The position numbers and the translations under genes were made by a program. DNA of 64,000 bases from assembly GCA_951406725.2 (NCBI GenBank), contig OX597816.1, positions 11,160,001 through 11,224,000 of the forward strand. The letters are read 5' to 3'. The stretch is from Octopus vulgaris (taxonomy: Eukaryota). A model generated the notes under the pieces. That model saw nothing but the letters and a program-made list of their open reading frames with translations. It did not search any database and was not told the DNA's origin. How positions within the stretch are numbered: the first letter of the stretch is position 1; each line of letters opens with the position of its first letter. Below, one piece after another: positions 25,170 to 39,682 of this stretch.

Positions 25170-25980
25170 GTGCCAGGAAGATTCTATACCAGAATCGATA
25201 TTTCATTCTCTTTCTGGCATGAATTGTTTTGCTAAATTGGATTTAAAAGGGTCATATCAGGAGATAAAGATATGTTCTGAAGCAAGAGAAGTTACTATGA
25301 TAAATATACGAATAGTTAGTTCTTTTCAGATGGACATGTCTCCCTCATGGAATTAAAACAGCCAGCATTATGTTTCAGACAGCTATTGAACATGTTGTTG
25401 GAAATGACATTGATGTATGTCTTGGTACTAAAACTGGTGAAAGCCTGCATAACAAAGGTAGATAAGGTTATAAAACAGTTGAAATGATCAGGTATGGTGA
25501 TAAATTCAGTTAAGTCTGTGTTAAAGAGTGATGAATTGTCGTTGGAGGGATATTGACTGACAAAGGAAGGTATATCACTAAATAATCCTTCAGTGGTGAG
25601 AATTACAGGTGTAAAATTCACCAAAGGGCAAGAAACAATATTTTTTAGCTTGTTAATTTGTGTGAAAAATATATTGATCGTTGTTTGGATCTCATATTGC
25701 TATTCGTGTTAAATGGTAAACATGGTATTATATTGTGAGAATTCTCACCACCAGAAAACAAGAAAAATTCTTTATCATTGGAATAAATAAAAGAAATGTT
25801 AAGGTCAAAACTTATTGCTCGGATTTGCGTTGTCACGAAGAGGTCAACTGGCGACTGATACAAGCAATAAATATACATCAAGAAGTATTTATTTGTCAAA
25901 CATGTTAACCACGACTGAAACAGAATACTCAAATATTGGAAGGAAATTCTTGGAAATTGGATGGTTTGTTAAAAAACACA
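25170..25980 (+). pseudogene. Decayed Ty3/Gypsy pol (RT and RNase H remnant)
   Basis: Reads IFHSLSGMNCFAKLDLKGSYQEI, LFRWTCLPHGIKTASIMFQTAIEHV and GMVINSVKSV, then the RNase H-like TDTS...YLSNMLTTTETEYSNIGRK. Contains stops and frameshifts, and the YxDD region is deleted. Confidence 0.8.
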
Positions 25981-28019
25981 GCACTTTTATTGGTATTTGG
26001 AACAGAAATTAACATGAAATTTTGAGGGAAGGTTTTAGTCAAAATCCCTTTAAAACAGGAGGTTTTATTATAGATCCAAGGTCGGTCTTGAGTGGGTTGG
26101 AATGAAACCTCATAGTTTTCAGTTATCAGACAGTACCCCTACATTGAGGGCTTCTCAGTTCCTTTCCTTTGATGGCCAGACATATGTATTTCTTTACTAC
26201 CCACAAGGGGCTAAACACATAGGGGACAAACAAGGACAGACAAAGGGATTAAGTCAATTACATCAACCCCAGTGCTCAACTGGTACTTTATTTATCGATC
26301 CCGAAAGGATGAAAGGCAAAGTTGACCTCGGCGGAATTTGAACTCAGAAAGTGACGACAGACGAAATACAGCTAAGCATTTTGCCCGGCGTGCTAACATT
26401 TCTGCCAGCTCGCCGCATGATCAATAGTAACTGTCTTACAAACTGTAGTTCCAATATGGTATTGATACAGGAAATATGAGGAATCACAACAAGCTAGGTT
26501 TATTTCTTAAACAGGCAATACTAGACCTGTGATTCTTAGAAGTCAACAGGCTATATTAGTCTGAACACAGTAAATGACAAAGATGCAAATATTGAGCATG
26601 AACCGAATGTAGAGTCAATCCCTGAAGTTTTGACTGATGTTCCAAACTCAATTAATAAACATTGTGGTTTGATAACAGATACAGAAACAAACGAACCAAA
26701 TGAAATCAATCCAATTTATTTTCAGTTGATATGATATCATTGTTAGGCTAATATTATTGAATACAGTTTGTGTGTTTGCACACGATTGGGATTATTTAAC
26801 GTGCTTACCAGTATGAAGAAATAGTGTGCCTGTTCAGCTGGGTAAAGCATTTCCGTGAGAAAGAATTATGTATGACTGACTGCATTTCGGTGGTGATGTT
26901 AGCATGCCGGGTGAAATGCTTAGTAGTATTTCGTCCACCGCTGTGTTCTGAGTTCAAATACCGCCGAGGTTGACTTTACCTTTCGTCCTTTCGGGGTCGA
27001 TAAATTAAAATTAAGTACCAGTGATGCACTGGGGTCAATGTAATCGACTTAATCCGTTTGTCTGTTCTTCTTTGTCCCCTCTATGTTTGTTTGGCAATAA
27101 AGAAATAGGTATTTCATCTGTCTTTACATTCTGAGTTCAAATTCTGCCGAGGTTGACTTTGCTTTTCATTTTTCAAGGTCGATAAATTAAGTACCAGTTG
27201 CATTCTTGGGGCGATCTAATCGACTGGCCTCCCTCCCCAAAAAATTTCGGGCCTTATGCCTAGAGTTAAAAAGAATATCTAAGGTGGTGAGCTGGCAGAA
27301 ACGTTAGCACACCGGGCGAAATACTTAGCAGTTTTTCGTCTGTCTTTACGTTCTGAGTTCAAATTCCACCGAGGTTGACTTTGTCTTTCATCCTTTCGGG
27401 GTCAATAAATTAAGTACCAGTTGAGCACTGGGGCAATTTAATCGACTGGGCCCCTCCCCCAAAATTTGGAGCCTTGTACCTAGAGTAGAAAAGAATATTA
27501 TTGAATACACTTTGTGTGTTTGAACATGATTAGAATTATTTAACGTGCTTACCAGTATGAAGACATAGTGTGCCTGTTCAGCTGGGTAAAGCATTTACAT
27601 GAGGAAGAATTATGTGTAACTGACTGCATTTTGGTGGTGATGTTAGCAGAATTGTTAGCATGCCAGGTGAGAGTATTTCCTTCATCCTTATGTTCTAAGT
27701 CCAAATTCTGTCAGGGCTGATTTTATCATTCATCTTTGCAGGATTGATAAAATTAGTACCAGTTGTGCACTGGGGTTGATGTATTTGACTTAACTATTCT
27801 TGGGTAAGTGTATAAAAACTGCATCCCTCTGCGAAGACATGTTAAGTCAGTGTGGCAGAGTAGGATCATTAAACTAGGATGTGCACGCAGTGAAGCTCAA
27901 ATTCACTGCGTGCACATCAAACTGTGGTTGGTGGAGAAGACATGCTGAGGCCCTCATCCTGCAGCAGACAGAATATAGCCAATCCAAATCAATCTAATAC
28001 TTGACTGCCACAAAAAATG

Positions 28020-28520
28020 CTTGCATGCTGGTGCCATGTAAAAAGCACCTGTGCTGGTGACATGTAAAAAGCACCTGTGCTGGTGTCATGTAAAAAGCAC
28101 CTGTGCTGGTGCCATGGGAAAAGCACCTGTGCTGGTGTCATGTAAAAAACATCTGTGCTAGTGTCATGTGAAAATCACCTGTGCTGGTGTCATGTGAAAA
28201 GCACCTGTGCTGGTGTCATGTGAAAAGTACCTGTGCTGGTGCCATGTAAAAAGCACCTGTGCAGGTGCTATGTGAAAAGCACCTGTGCTGGGGCCATGTA
28301 AAAAAGCACCTGTGCTGGTGTCATGTGAAATGCACCTGTGCTGGTGCCATGTGAAAAGCAGCTGTGCTGGTGCCATGTGAGAAGTACCCATGCTGGCACC
28401 ATGTAAAAAGCATCCATGTTGATGCTACATAGAAAAGTACCTATGCTGGAACCACATACAAAGCACCCATTCTGGTGCGACGTAAATGAGCACCTGTGCT
28501 GGCACAAATTATAAAGCATC
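28020..28520 (+). repeat. 26-bp minisatellite (about 18 units of aaaagcacctgtgctggtgtcatgtR) inside a family B element ending near 28690
   Basis: Read directly; the unit resembles the family B internal repeat. Confidence 0.9.
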
Positions 28521-30093
28521 CAGTACACTCTGTGAAGTGGTTGGCATCAAGAAGGACATCTAGCCACAGAAATCATGCCAAAACAAACAAATGGAACCTG
28601 GTGCAGCTTTCCAGCTTGTCAGCTACAGACCAACTCCCCCAACCCATGCCAGCTTGGAAAATGGACATTAAATGATGACGGTGATGATGTTTAAGAGGGA
28701 ATAGATTATTGAACTCCAGCCAATCAAATGATAGAACCTGATTTGTAAAGTGAAATTCTTGCATGACATAAATACCAATTTCCTTATGTACCGTAATTGA
28801 CATTTGATCTCTCTGTCTTAGATTTTCAAAAATATGTATTTCTTTGAACATATGGAAGGAGTGTTTGAAAGTAAATGAGTTACATTTTGACAAAATATTC
28901 AGCTATATTTCACAAGGTGATTTTTATTCCTTCATTTACTTTTTTTTTTATTTTTTATGGTTTATGTATTTTTATTTTTAGGTTTTATTTATTTACTTAT
29001 TCTGAAGTAAAATTATGCAATCACTCCAATTTTTATTGCTGAGCTTTACGAATAACAAACAGTGAAAGCCACATAAACATTTTTATTTTTTTACAATATT
29101 GGATTATCAATAATTTAGTTACCTCAAGACAAATATAGTAAATAATAATTTCAGGAAGAAATAGAATTAAAATATTACTTCTTTCATTTCAGGAAAATTA
29201 TTAATAAAGCAGAAAATTTTTTGTTTAATTTCACAAATTTCTTTCTGTTTTTATTATTATTTTTTTTTGCAACTGAACAAGGAAAAAATAAATAAAACGA
29301 ATAAAATACATGAAAAAACAACTTTCATCATCACCAAAAATCTTTGATGAAAATTTCGTAAATTTAAAATTAAGTTTTAGTTACAAACAACACTGATATA
29401 TTCGTTAAATATTTCATTATTGCTATGTGCAACATACGATGAAAGTATTCTAGGAAATTATTTCTGCTAAAAGATGCTTTTTCAAGAAAGTGGAAATTAA
29501 TAACATTAGGTTAGATTATAAATATATTTTACTTACATTATAGAAATTTCCTGATAGATTTTTCTTTTTTTTTATTTCATAGATTGTTTTCATTTCTTTT
29601 ATATATTTTGTTTCAAGTGTTGAAATGTTTGAGAGGCACTTCATTGGAAACAAAATTAGAAGATATTTTAAAGAAATGAAAGACGTAATGAAACTTAATT
29701 TTATTTTATTTTGTAAAGTATATTTATACTTTGAGAGCACAGCTGGCTTTACAATTTAGAATTGGTTGTAAAGTGGTTTCAAAGAAATTTCCATGTTCCA
29801 GCTTTGCAAAATTTTCCTAATAAAATGGATTTCTGTATATTAGATATAGCGATTCACTTCACAGCTTATAACTTGAAGCAAACTTGGAGCATATTTATTC
29901 TTCCTGAAATTTAACCAATGGGAACAGTGCTTTCAAGAATAAGTAGAATAGATTGCTATTGATGACTCTTCGCAAATTTTGGAAATGTTGGGGTTTAAAG
30001 TTTGTATTTCACTGCAGAAGTTACAAAGTGTTCCTGGCTGAAAAATCCCTCATAATTTTTACTGGACAATTAGTTTATCATCACAGGTTTTGT

Positions 30094-30458
30094 AGTAAAG
30101 ATTGTTTGCCAACATAGCATGGTAGTCCTGATTTAGGACTAATGTTGCTGTAATTTAGCCCCAGGAGACATCACCTCCAGCTGGCTATACGACACGATCT
30201 GTGTCCTTATATTTTTGAATAAGGGAATCTGTCATCCCTACTCAGCTCAAACAATATCTGTGTATCACAATTTCTGGGTTATTTCTCTTCATCAGCACAG
30301 AATAATATAGCCAGCTGGAGACGATGTCTCCTGGGGCTAAATTAAAGCAACATTAGCCCTAAACCAGGACTGCCATGTTATGTTGGCAAACAATCTTTAC
30401 TCCAAAGTACTGTTGCTGAATATCTCACGTTGTGAGATTGAAATATAATAATTTTCTA
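30094..30458 (-). mobile_element. Penelope-like fold-back element with hammerhead ribozyme motif
   Basis: 96-bp inverted arms at 30094-30189 and 30306-30401; 14-bp TSD atcacaggttttgt at 30080-30093 and 30459-30472; HHR in the loop. Confidence 0.8.
30258..30300 (-). ncRNA. Minimal type-I hammerhead ribozyme motif
   Basis: Minus strand reads CTGTG CTGATGA agagaaataaccca GAAA ttgtga TA CACAG: perfect 5-bp stem I, intact core and AUA cleavage triplet, but stem II is weak. Confidence 0.7.
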
Positions 30459-31563
30459 ATCACAGGTTTTGTCTTTGTGTATTAAGTGATTCAAAAACTT
30501 TGCTAGTAGAGATCCTCAATGATAATAAGGTCCAGCATTTGGAGAGGTTGTGGGGTCCCTATGCTCTGAGAGCTACACCTGTTTAGACAAGGGGTGTGGT
30601 GCAGTAGTGTTTTCTTGATCTTATGGGTACTTGGACTGTTTTGCTGTTGAAAGATAGCATTTTGGTCTTTGTTTATGGAATTAAAGTGGGTTTGATGTGT
30701 AGTATATAGGAAGGTGAGGGGAAGCAAGTGGGCACGGCTGTTAGCATTTGAATTACAGGTATTGCATTTGAATTACAGGTATTGCATTTGAATTAGGGAT
30801 ATTGCTCATTTTTGCCAGGTGAATGGACTTTCCAATAAGACTTCAAATTCTGCTTAGGTCACCTTTGGCTTTCATCCCTTCAGAGCCAATAGAATATATA
30901 CCTATTTCTTTATTACTCACAAGGGGCTAAACATAGAGGGGACAAACAAGGACAGACATAGGTATTAAGTTGATTATATCGACCCCAGTGCATAACTGGT
31001 ACTTAATTTATCGCCCCCGAAAGGATGAAAGGCAAAGTTGACCTCGGCGGTATTTGAACTCAGGACGTAGCAGCAGACAAACTACCACTAAGCATTTTGC
31101 CCGGCGTGCTAACGTTTCTGCCAGCTCGCCACCTAAATACATACCAGTTGAACACTGGGGGTCAATGTAATCGACTAGGCCCGTCCTTTGAAATGAATGT
31201 CCAGGTGCCAAAATTGGAAATCAATAATATAGGAATGTAATGGATGTGAACCAATGATGTGTGAATCAGGATAAAGATCTAGTGCGACAGCATTTAGCAT
31301 CTTTGTCACGAACATTGTAGCATGTTCACTGTATTGGGAATTGCCACCAAATGTTTTATGTCGAAAGCAGTTTCAACTGAACGTGACTTATTACTATAAA
31401 TTTCAAAAGATCATAACTAACAAACATCTTGTCATGATCTACACATGCAGAGGAGACAAACCTATTTCAGAACAATTCCACAGTTCCTGTATTTGTCCAA
31501 GACTATTCACAGTAATTTAATTATCATTGTTTCATTTTAGGAAACTGCTGAATATGAAGTGCA

Positions 31564-31858
<295 letters not shown>

Positions 31859-33994
31859 AGCAAGAAAAAATTGTCCCCAAAATCTTCTTCTCGTTTAATT
31901 TTATATCACCTGGTGTCATCAGATAACTATGAACTTTAACACTTTTGGTACCATATTTCTGTTGAAATAAACTGTTTTTCATTCAATCAGTTTTTCAAAA
32001 TAATGAGCAATTTAGTAAAATAATTTTCGTCATTATAAAACTGATGCTTGGAGCATAAATTAACTAGAAATTGTGATGGAGAGTTTTTTTTTTTTAATTT
32101 AGATCACTTTAACTTAATTTTGAAAATAATGAAGAATGTAATGAAATAAGTTCATTATTAAACTTGTGGCTGCAAGTTGGCAGAACTGTTAGCATGATGG
32201 ACAAAATACTGTTAAGCATTTTGTCCCTCTTCACAGTCTCAGTTCAAATTCCATCAAGGCCACCTTTGCTTTTCATGATCTTGGCTTTGATAAAACAAGT
32301 ACCTATTTCTTTGCTACCCACAAGGGGCTAAACACAGAGAGGACAAACAAGGACAGACAAATGGATTACGTTGATTATATCGACCGCAGTGCATAACTGG
32401 TACTCATTTTATCCACCCCGAAAGGATGAAAGGCAAAGTCGAACTCAGCGGAATTTGAACTCAGAACGTGACTACAGACGAAATACCTATTTCTTTACTA
32501 CCCACAAGGGGCTAAACACAGAGAGGACAAACAAGGACAGACAAACGGATTAAGTCGATTATACCACCCCCAGTGCATAACTGGTACTTAATTTATCGAC
32601 CCTGAAAGGATGAAAGGCAAAGTCAACCTTGGCAGAATTTGAACTCAGAACGTAGTGGCAGACAAAATACGGCTACACATTTTGCCTGGCGTGCTAATGT
32701 TTCTGCCAGCTCGCTGCCTGAAAAAACAAGTACCAGTCAAGTTTGGGGTTGATGTAATCAAATTCCATGTACAGGCAATTTGTTGAGAGACAATTCACTG
32801 TAAGACAATTCACCAAGTGGACAATTGGCTGATTGGACAATAAGTCAACATGCAGAAATATTGATCTATAAGTTGTCTGACAGACAACTGTCAGCCAACT
32901 GTCTGTTGACAAATTGTCCATCTAGCGTTGCCTTTCTGACACTTGTGCTGGTGGCACATGAAAAAACATTTGAGCGAAGTCGTTGGCTTCTGTGCAGGTG
33001 GCACATAAAAAGCACCAATTGAGCGTGGCTGTTGCCAGCACTGCCTGACTGCCCCTCGTGCTGGTGGCACATAAAAGTACCTATTACACTCATGGAGTGG
33101 TTGGCGTTAGGAAGGGTATCCAACTGTAGAAACTCTGTCAGATCAGATTGGAGCCTGGTGCAACCATCTGGTTCGCCAGTCCTCAGTCAAATCGTCCGAC
33201 CCATGCTAGCATGGGAAACGGACATTAAACAATGAATGATGGCCATCAAATTTGCACCCCACCTCAAAAACTGCTGGCCCCAAAACATTAAAACCATTAT
33301 TAGGCAGATGTTTGGAACATAAATTAACATGAAATTTTAAGAAGGAGATTTTAATTTAGTTCATTTTAAAACATGAAATCTGGGCCACAGAATCAAGCAG
33401 AGACCCAGGCAGATTAGTATGAAGAGGGTTAAGTGATTATTTCTCTTATACACGACAAATACTTAAACATGTATCATAGCTTAAATGTTCTAAAACAGAA
33501 TATATAATAGCTATGAAAACAGTAGACAGCTATGTTTAAGATATAATTTTACATCTCAAATCAATACGCAGCAGGATTTATTTCTTTGTGAAACACCAAG
33601 GGCCAATCCATTTTGTTCCAACAATATCATAATTGTGTAGAAACCGCCTCTTTTGTACGTTTCTAATAAATTCTTGTGAATTCTTGAATAATTCATATGG
33701 CATAATTTTAATACCGTAACCTTATTCTTGGACTTTCGTGGCTGCAGATTCTTATTTTTGTATGCGTATATTTTACATATTCATCTCTGCTGGCTATTCT
33801 CTGTTAATATTGTAAAAAAAATAATGGACTACATGAATCTGTTTGATATAATGTGCCAGGCAAATATAGAACTATACCATTTTCTTAGATAAACTCCTTG
33901 CTGCCACCACCACCACCACCACTACCACCACCATCTCTTTTAGTACATCAATAGTATCACTATCATTATTGGACTGTATCTAGAAGGAGTTGTG

Positions 33995-34145
33995 AGGTGA
34001 ATATGTGTCTGTGTATGTATGTGTGTGTGTGTGTGTCTGTGTGTGTGTGTATACATACACATGCACACACACACACACATATATATATATATGCATACAT
34101 GCATACATACATACTTACATACTTATATAATACATATATACATAA

Positions 34146-34185
<40 letters not shown>

Positions 34186-34380
34186 GTGTGTGTGTGTATA
34201 CATACACACACATGCATACACATATATATACATACATACATATACACATACTTAAATAATACATATATACATACATATATATGTGTGTGTGTGTGTATGT
34301 ATGTATGTATCTAAGCATATATGTACATGTATATATGTGAACATGTGAGTATATATACATATATATAGAAGCATACGCAG

Positions 34381-34437
<57 letters not shown>

Positions 34438-35602
34438 CACACACAAACATTCACACATGCATACACACACATGTTAGACTTTGGCAATAACAAATGCATG
34501 AATATTGAAATTTCTCAATGCATGGTGTAGCAGTGAGTGTATTAAGAAATTTGCTGTGTGTATAAAGGTTAGATACTGCGTAGTTGTGAATGTAATCTCA
34601 ACTCTGGTCTTGCTTTACAGATTTCCACCAAAAATATGGAAATTTTGTGTTATGACCAATCATGTACACATATGTTGTGAGACATCTCCTTCACCTCTTT
34701 CTCTCTGTCTATCTCTGTCTTTTCTCTCTCACTCCGTGTAAATATACATACATACATATATATATATGTATGTATCCTTTATATTTATCTATATCTACAT
34801 ATATATTTATATATGTATATACATACATACACACACACACACATAATTATATCTATCTGTTCCACAATTTATCTCTCTGTATATACATACATACATACTT
34901 ACATGCATACATACATAAATGCATACATACAGACAGACATGCATGCATACATGCATACATACATACATACATACATACATACATACACACACATGCATGC
35001 ATACATACATACATACATACATACATACATACAGAAAGGCAGACAGACAGAAAGGCAGACAGACATACATACAGACATACATACATACACAGACATGCAT
35101 GCATACATACATACATACAGACAGACAGACATGTATAAAGACATACATACATACAGACATACATACATGCATACACACATACATACATACATACACACAT
35201 ATACATACATACATACACACACACACATACATACATACATACATACATATATAAATCATAGCTGAATATGTGTGGGTGTGTCTATGTGCAGTAAATACAT
35301 TGTTACAAGAGAAACAGAATAAAAGCAAGAAGCAGCTAGAGCAGTTATTCCATCTTTTGGCAATGGAAGAATTATCATGTTTTCTGTTTCTCAATACCAA
35401 AATCAGGCAGAATGAAACTTGCATAAAAACTGTGAATTGTGCACCGAAGCATGGTATTAAGATATTGCTGCCAGATTCGAATACAACTCAGACTATTGTA
35501 GATAACACTTGCCCTAAGTGCTTTACAGTGGGACTGAACCTGAGACCATGTGTGTTGGGAAGCCAGTTTCTTACCACACAGCCACACCTGCACCTATATA
35601 TA

Positions 35603-35699
<97 letters not shown>

Positions 35700-35795
35700 T
35701 TTACTCATATGTAATGGTGTATTAAAGTATGGATTGAGTATCATCGGATAGTTGATGTTTTACTGATTTAAGTATGTTTCTCCATTCTCTAATTT

Positions 35796-35845
<50 letters not shown>

Positions 35846-35860
35846 CATATATATATATAC

Positions 35861-35903
<43 letters not shown>

Positions 35904-35908
35904 ATATA

Positions 35909-35995
<87 letters not shown>
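33995..35995. repeat. Compound (TA)/(TG)/(CATA)/(CAGA) microsatellite zone
   Basis: Read directly; includes a family A fragment at about 35480-35595. Confidence 0.9.
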
Positions 35996-35997
<2 letters not shown>

Positions 35998-36164
35998 AAT
36001 TTAAAATAATAAGGGTGAAAAATTGAATATTAATTTGATTTAAAACTAGTGGTCTAGCATATTGAAAAATCTGAAGATTCAGAAAACTTATATGACATAC
36101 ATATAAGAGGGATGACTACTAAGTGGACATCCATTATGCTAGAAGTAGACTCCAGAATTACTAC

Positions 36165-37005
36165 CAGAAGAACATAAAGGCTGCAGGAAGAAGGCTAGTG
36201 AAGCGCATGAGCTATTATATATAGACAAAACAGTAGTAAATGAAGTAAAAGCTAGAAAGAAAAATCTTTCTAGCAAGGATAGATTATAGGAAAGCCTATG
36301 ACATGATCTCACACTCATGGATAAGTGAATGTTTGAGTATATTCAGTATAGCAGACAATGTAAGAGAATTAATTAGCTTTAGCATGTAGAAATGGAAAGT
36401 CGATCTCTACTCAGGTGACACAGTCTTAGGGAAAGTTAATATCAAAAGAGGAATTTTCCAAGGGGTACTTGTTGCTCCTTTTGGTATTATTTCTATGTTT
36501 GATCTCCTTTAGTTTAGTATTAAGGAAGGCATAGGCAGGGTATCAGTTCAGAAATAGTAATGAAAAAATTAACCATGGATGATCTGAAGCCTTTTAATAA
36601 GAATGAAAAAGAGATAGATTCCTTAAGACTTGCCAGCAAAGATGTAGGCATGGAATTTGGGAGAGACAAGTGTGAAAAATTTTTCATTATTATTATTATT
36701 ATATTTGTCATGAGAAGGAGACGGGTTGTCAACAGCGAAGGCATCCTATTATCAGATGGCCAGATATTAAAATCATTGAAAGGAGGAGAGGGTTATAAGT
36801 ATATAGGAGTATTAGAATCTGACAGAGTACTAACTATGGAAATGAAGATGAAAATTGAGGAGTACATGAGAAGGGTGAGGAAGTTAATGAAGTCAAAACT
36901 AAATGGTTTGAATCTAGTGAAGGCTGTAAATACTTGGGCAGTATCATTACTTAGAGACTCAGCAGCTTTTGCAAAATCAACCGCAGTGGAATTGGAACTA
37001 AAAAC
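36165..37005 (+). pseudogene. Decayed reverse transcriptase of an R4/Dong-clade LINE
   Basis: Reads KGCRKK..., IDYRKAYDMISHSWI, IKRGIFQG, MDDLK, DVGMEFGRDKC, YKYIGVLE and SKLNGLNLVKAVNTWAVSLLR; contains stops and frameshifts. Confidence 0.88.
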
Positions 37006-37081
37006 ATAAAAGAGAGGAGGAATGCTGCTAAGCATTTTGCCCAACATGCTAAAGATTCAACCAGCTTCCCACCTTAAAAAC

Positions 37082-37125
<44 letters not shown>

Positions 37126-37156
37126 TAATAATAATAATTATAATAATAAGTTTAGC

Positions 37157-37197
<41 letters not shown>

Positions 37198-38100
37198 TTC
37201 AAAGTTTAGCATGATGATAATAATAATAATCATCATCAACATCATCATCATCATCGTTTAACGTCCGCTTTCCATGCTGGCATGGGTTGGACGGTTTGAC
37301 CGGGGTCTGGGAAGCCAGGAGGCTGCACCAGACTCCAATCTGATCTGGCAGTGTTTCTGCAGCTGGATGCCCTTCCTAACGCCAACCACTCTGTGAGTGT
37401 AGTGGGTACTTTTTACATGCCACCGGCACAGGTGCCAGATGAGGCTGGCAAACAGCCACGATCGGATGGTGCTTTTTACGTGCCACTGGCAAAATAATAA
37501 TAATAATAATAATAATAATGATATTGATTTCAAAGTTTAGCATAAGGCCAGCAATTTCGTGAGGGGTAAGCTGATTACATTGACCCCCTCAGTGCCTAAC
37601 TGGTACTTATTTATAAATTCTGAAAGGAGCAAAGGCCAAATCGACCTCAGCAGAATTTGAACAATCATGATGATATTAATAACAATAGCGCCACCACCAC
37701 TACCACCAACAACAATAATACATTTTACTGAACACTTCTTATCTACCAAATTTATTTCACTCAGCAGGTATTGGTCAATACATTCCTATTTCCATGTAAT
37801 CGGTCATTTTATGCAAATACCTGCAGGCGTTTATGTGCATTTCCATATGCACATGTACACATTGATATGTATTTGAAATGCCTGTTCTGTGAGCCATGCA
37901 TATGTATAAAGGTATAAAGCTAAATATGCATATATATATATATATATATATACGAATATTAAATAGATACATATATATATGCAGATTCATGGTCCTGTAT
38001 TTAAATGTCCTTAGACATTGTATGTGTATATGGGTGTGTGAATGAGTGTATGTGCATGCATTATGTATATCTATCATTATATTCACATACATATATATAT

Positions 38101-38156
<56 letters not shown>

Positions 38157-38190
38157 TTAGTGTCTGTATGAATATATATCTGTTTATCTG

Positions 38191-38233
<43 letters not shown>

Positions 38234-38516
38234 TCATCATCATCATCATTGTTTAACATATCCATGCTAGCATGGGTTGGACGGTTCAACTGGGGTCTGG
38301 GGAGCCCGAAGGCTGCACCAGGCCAGTCAGATCTGGCAGTGTTTCTACAGCTGGATGCCCTTCCTAACACCAACTATATATATATATAGTATAAATGATA
38401 TATAAATGTATGCATATGTACATACATGTATATATATGTATGTATATATGCATATATTTATATATTTATATTATTATGTGATTGAACACCATGCATCCTT
38501 TTCCAAGTAAGTTTAA

Positions 38517-38562
<46 letters not shown>

Positions 38563-38592
38563 AATATAGATATACATACATACACACACATA

Positions 38593-38804
38593 TGAGGGGG
38601 TGCTGAAAACTTCCTGGATTTGGGTGAAACAAAATACAGGTTGATCAGTTAATTATGATTTTATTCAACATATTCCCCTCTCAGATTCACACCATTATTG
38701 CAGTAGACCTTCAGTTTATGTAAGCCCTATAAAAAAACAACACGGGCCTCCAACCAGGCCTTTCATGATAGCCTGAAAGTCAAGAACTTCTCAACACCTC
38801 CTCA
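38593..38804. mobile_element. Mariner-like MITE
   Basis: TA|TGAGGGGGTGCTGAAAACTTCCTGG ... CAAGAACTTCTCAACACCTCCTCA|TA: imperfect TIRs with TA flanks. Confidence 0.7.
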
Positions 38805-38815
38805 TAATAAATGTA

Positions 38816-38871
<56 letters not shown>

Positions 38872-39032
38872 TTAATACCTTTCTTGCTGGATTGCGTGTT
38901 CGTTTCTCTTTGCCATTTGTTATTTTTATTTTTGATCTTCTATAAAAATGAAGATATTTCCTCTGTGTGGCTGCTGTTCTACCTACAAATGTTACGTTGT
39001 CGAAAAGTCATTTTAATGAGTTGTATTCAATT

Positions 39033-39138
39033 ATCACCCGATGAGATGCATCTGCACTGCTGGATGCTCCTGAACCAGTTGTTGAGTGTTCCACACATGG
39101 GGGAGCGATGCTAGACGTGTCGAAGCAATTGTCGTGAT
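39033..39138 (+). ncRNA. Degenerate hammerhead motif with long stem II
   Basis: atcac CCGATGA gatgc...gtgtc GAAG caattg TC gtgat, then AATAAA at 39143. Stem I and the palindromic stem III are present, with two core substitutions. Confidence 0.55.
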
Positions 39139-39262
39139 TATCAATAAATTCTCATATATTCCATCGTCTGCTTTTATTTGCTATATATATATATATATTT
39201 ATATATACACACACACATATATATATGCATATATATATTTATATATATGTATATGCATATAT

Positions 39263-39374
39263 TGGCCTGGTCGCTTAGCCAGCGACATGGCGTCATTTAA
39301 AGGCTAAAACAATGCAAAGCGCATTGTGACCAGCGATGTGTAGCAACATCTGATAGCCTGGTCAGTCACGTGAT

Positions 39375-39381
<7 letters not shown>
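39263..39381. mobile_element. Unclassified element of about 120 bp in (TA)n, ending in CACGTGATCACGTG
   Basis: An inverted second copy with the same boundaries lies at 53626-53743. Confidence 0.75.
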
Positions 39382-39459
<78 letters not shown>

Positions 39460-39584
39460 GATGTGTGTGTGTGTATATGTATATATGTGTGTATATATAT
39501 ATATATGTATATGTATATAAATATATATATTTATATGTATATGTATATATATATGTGTGTGTGTGTGTGTAGATATAGATATAT

Positions 39585-39682
<98 letters not shown>

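Noticed and set aside
28020-28520. CRISPR-like repeat
   Set aside because: Spacerless minisatellite inside a SINE-like element.
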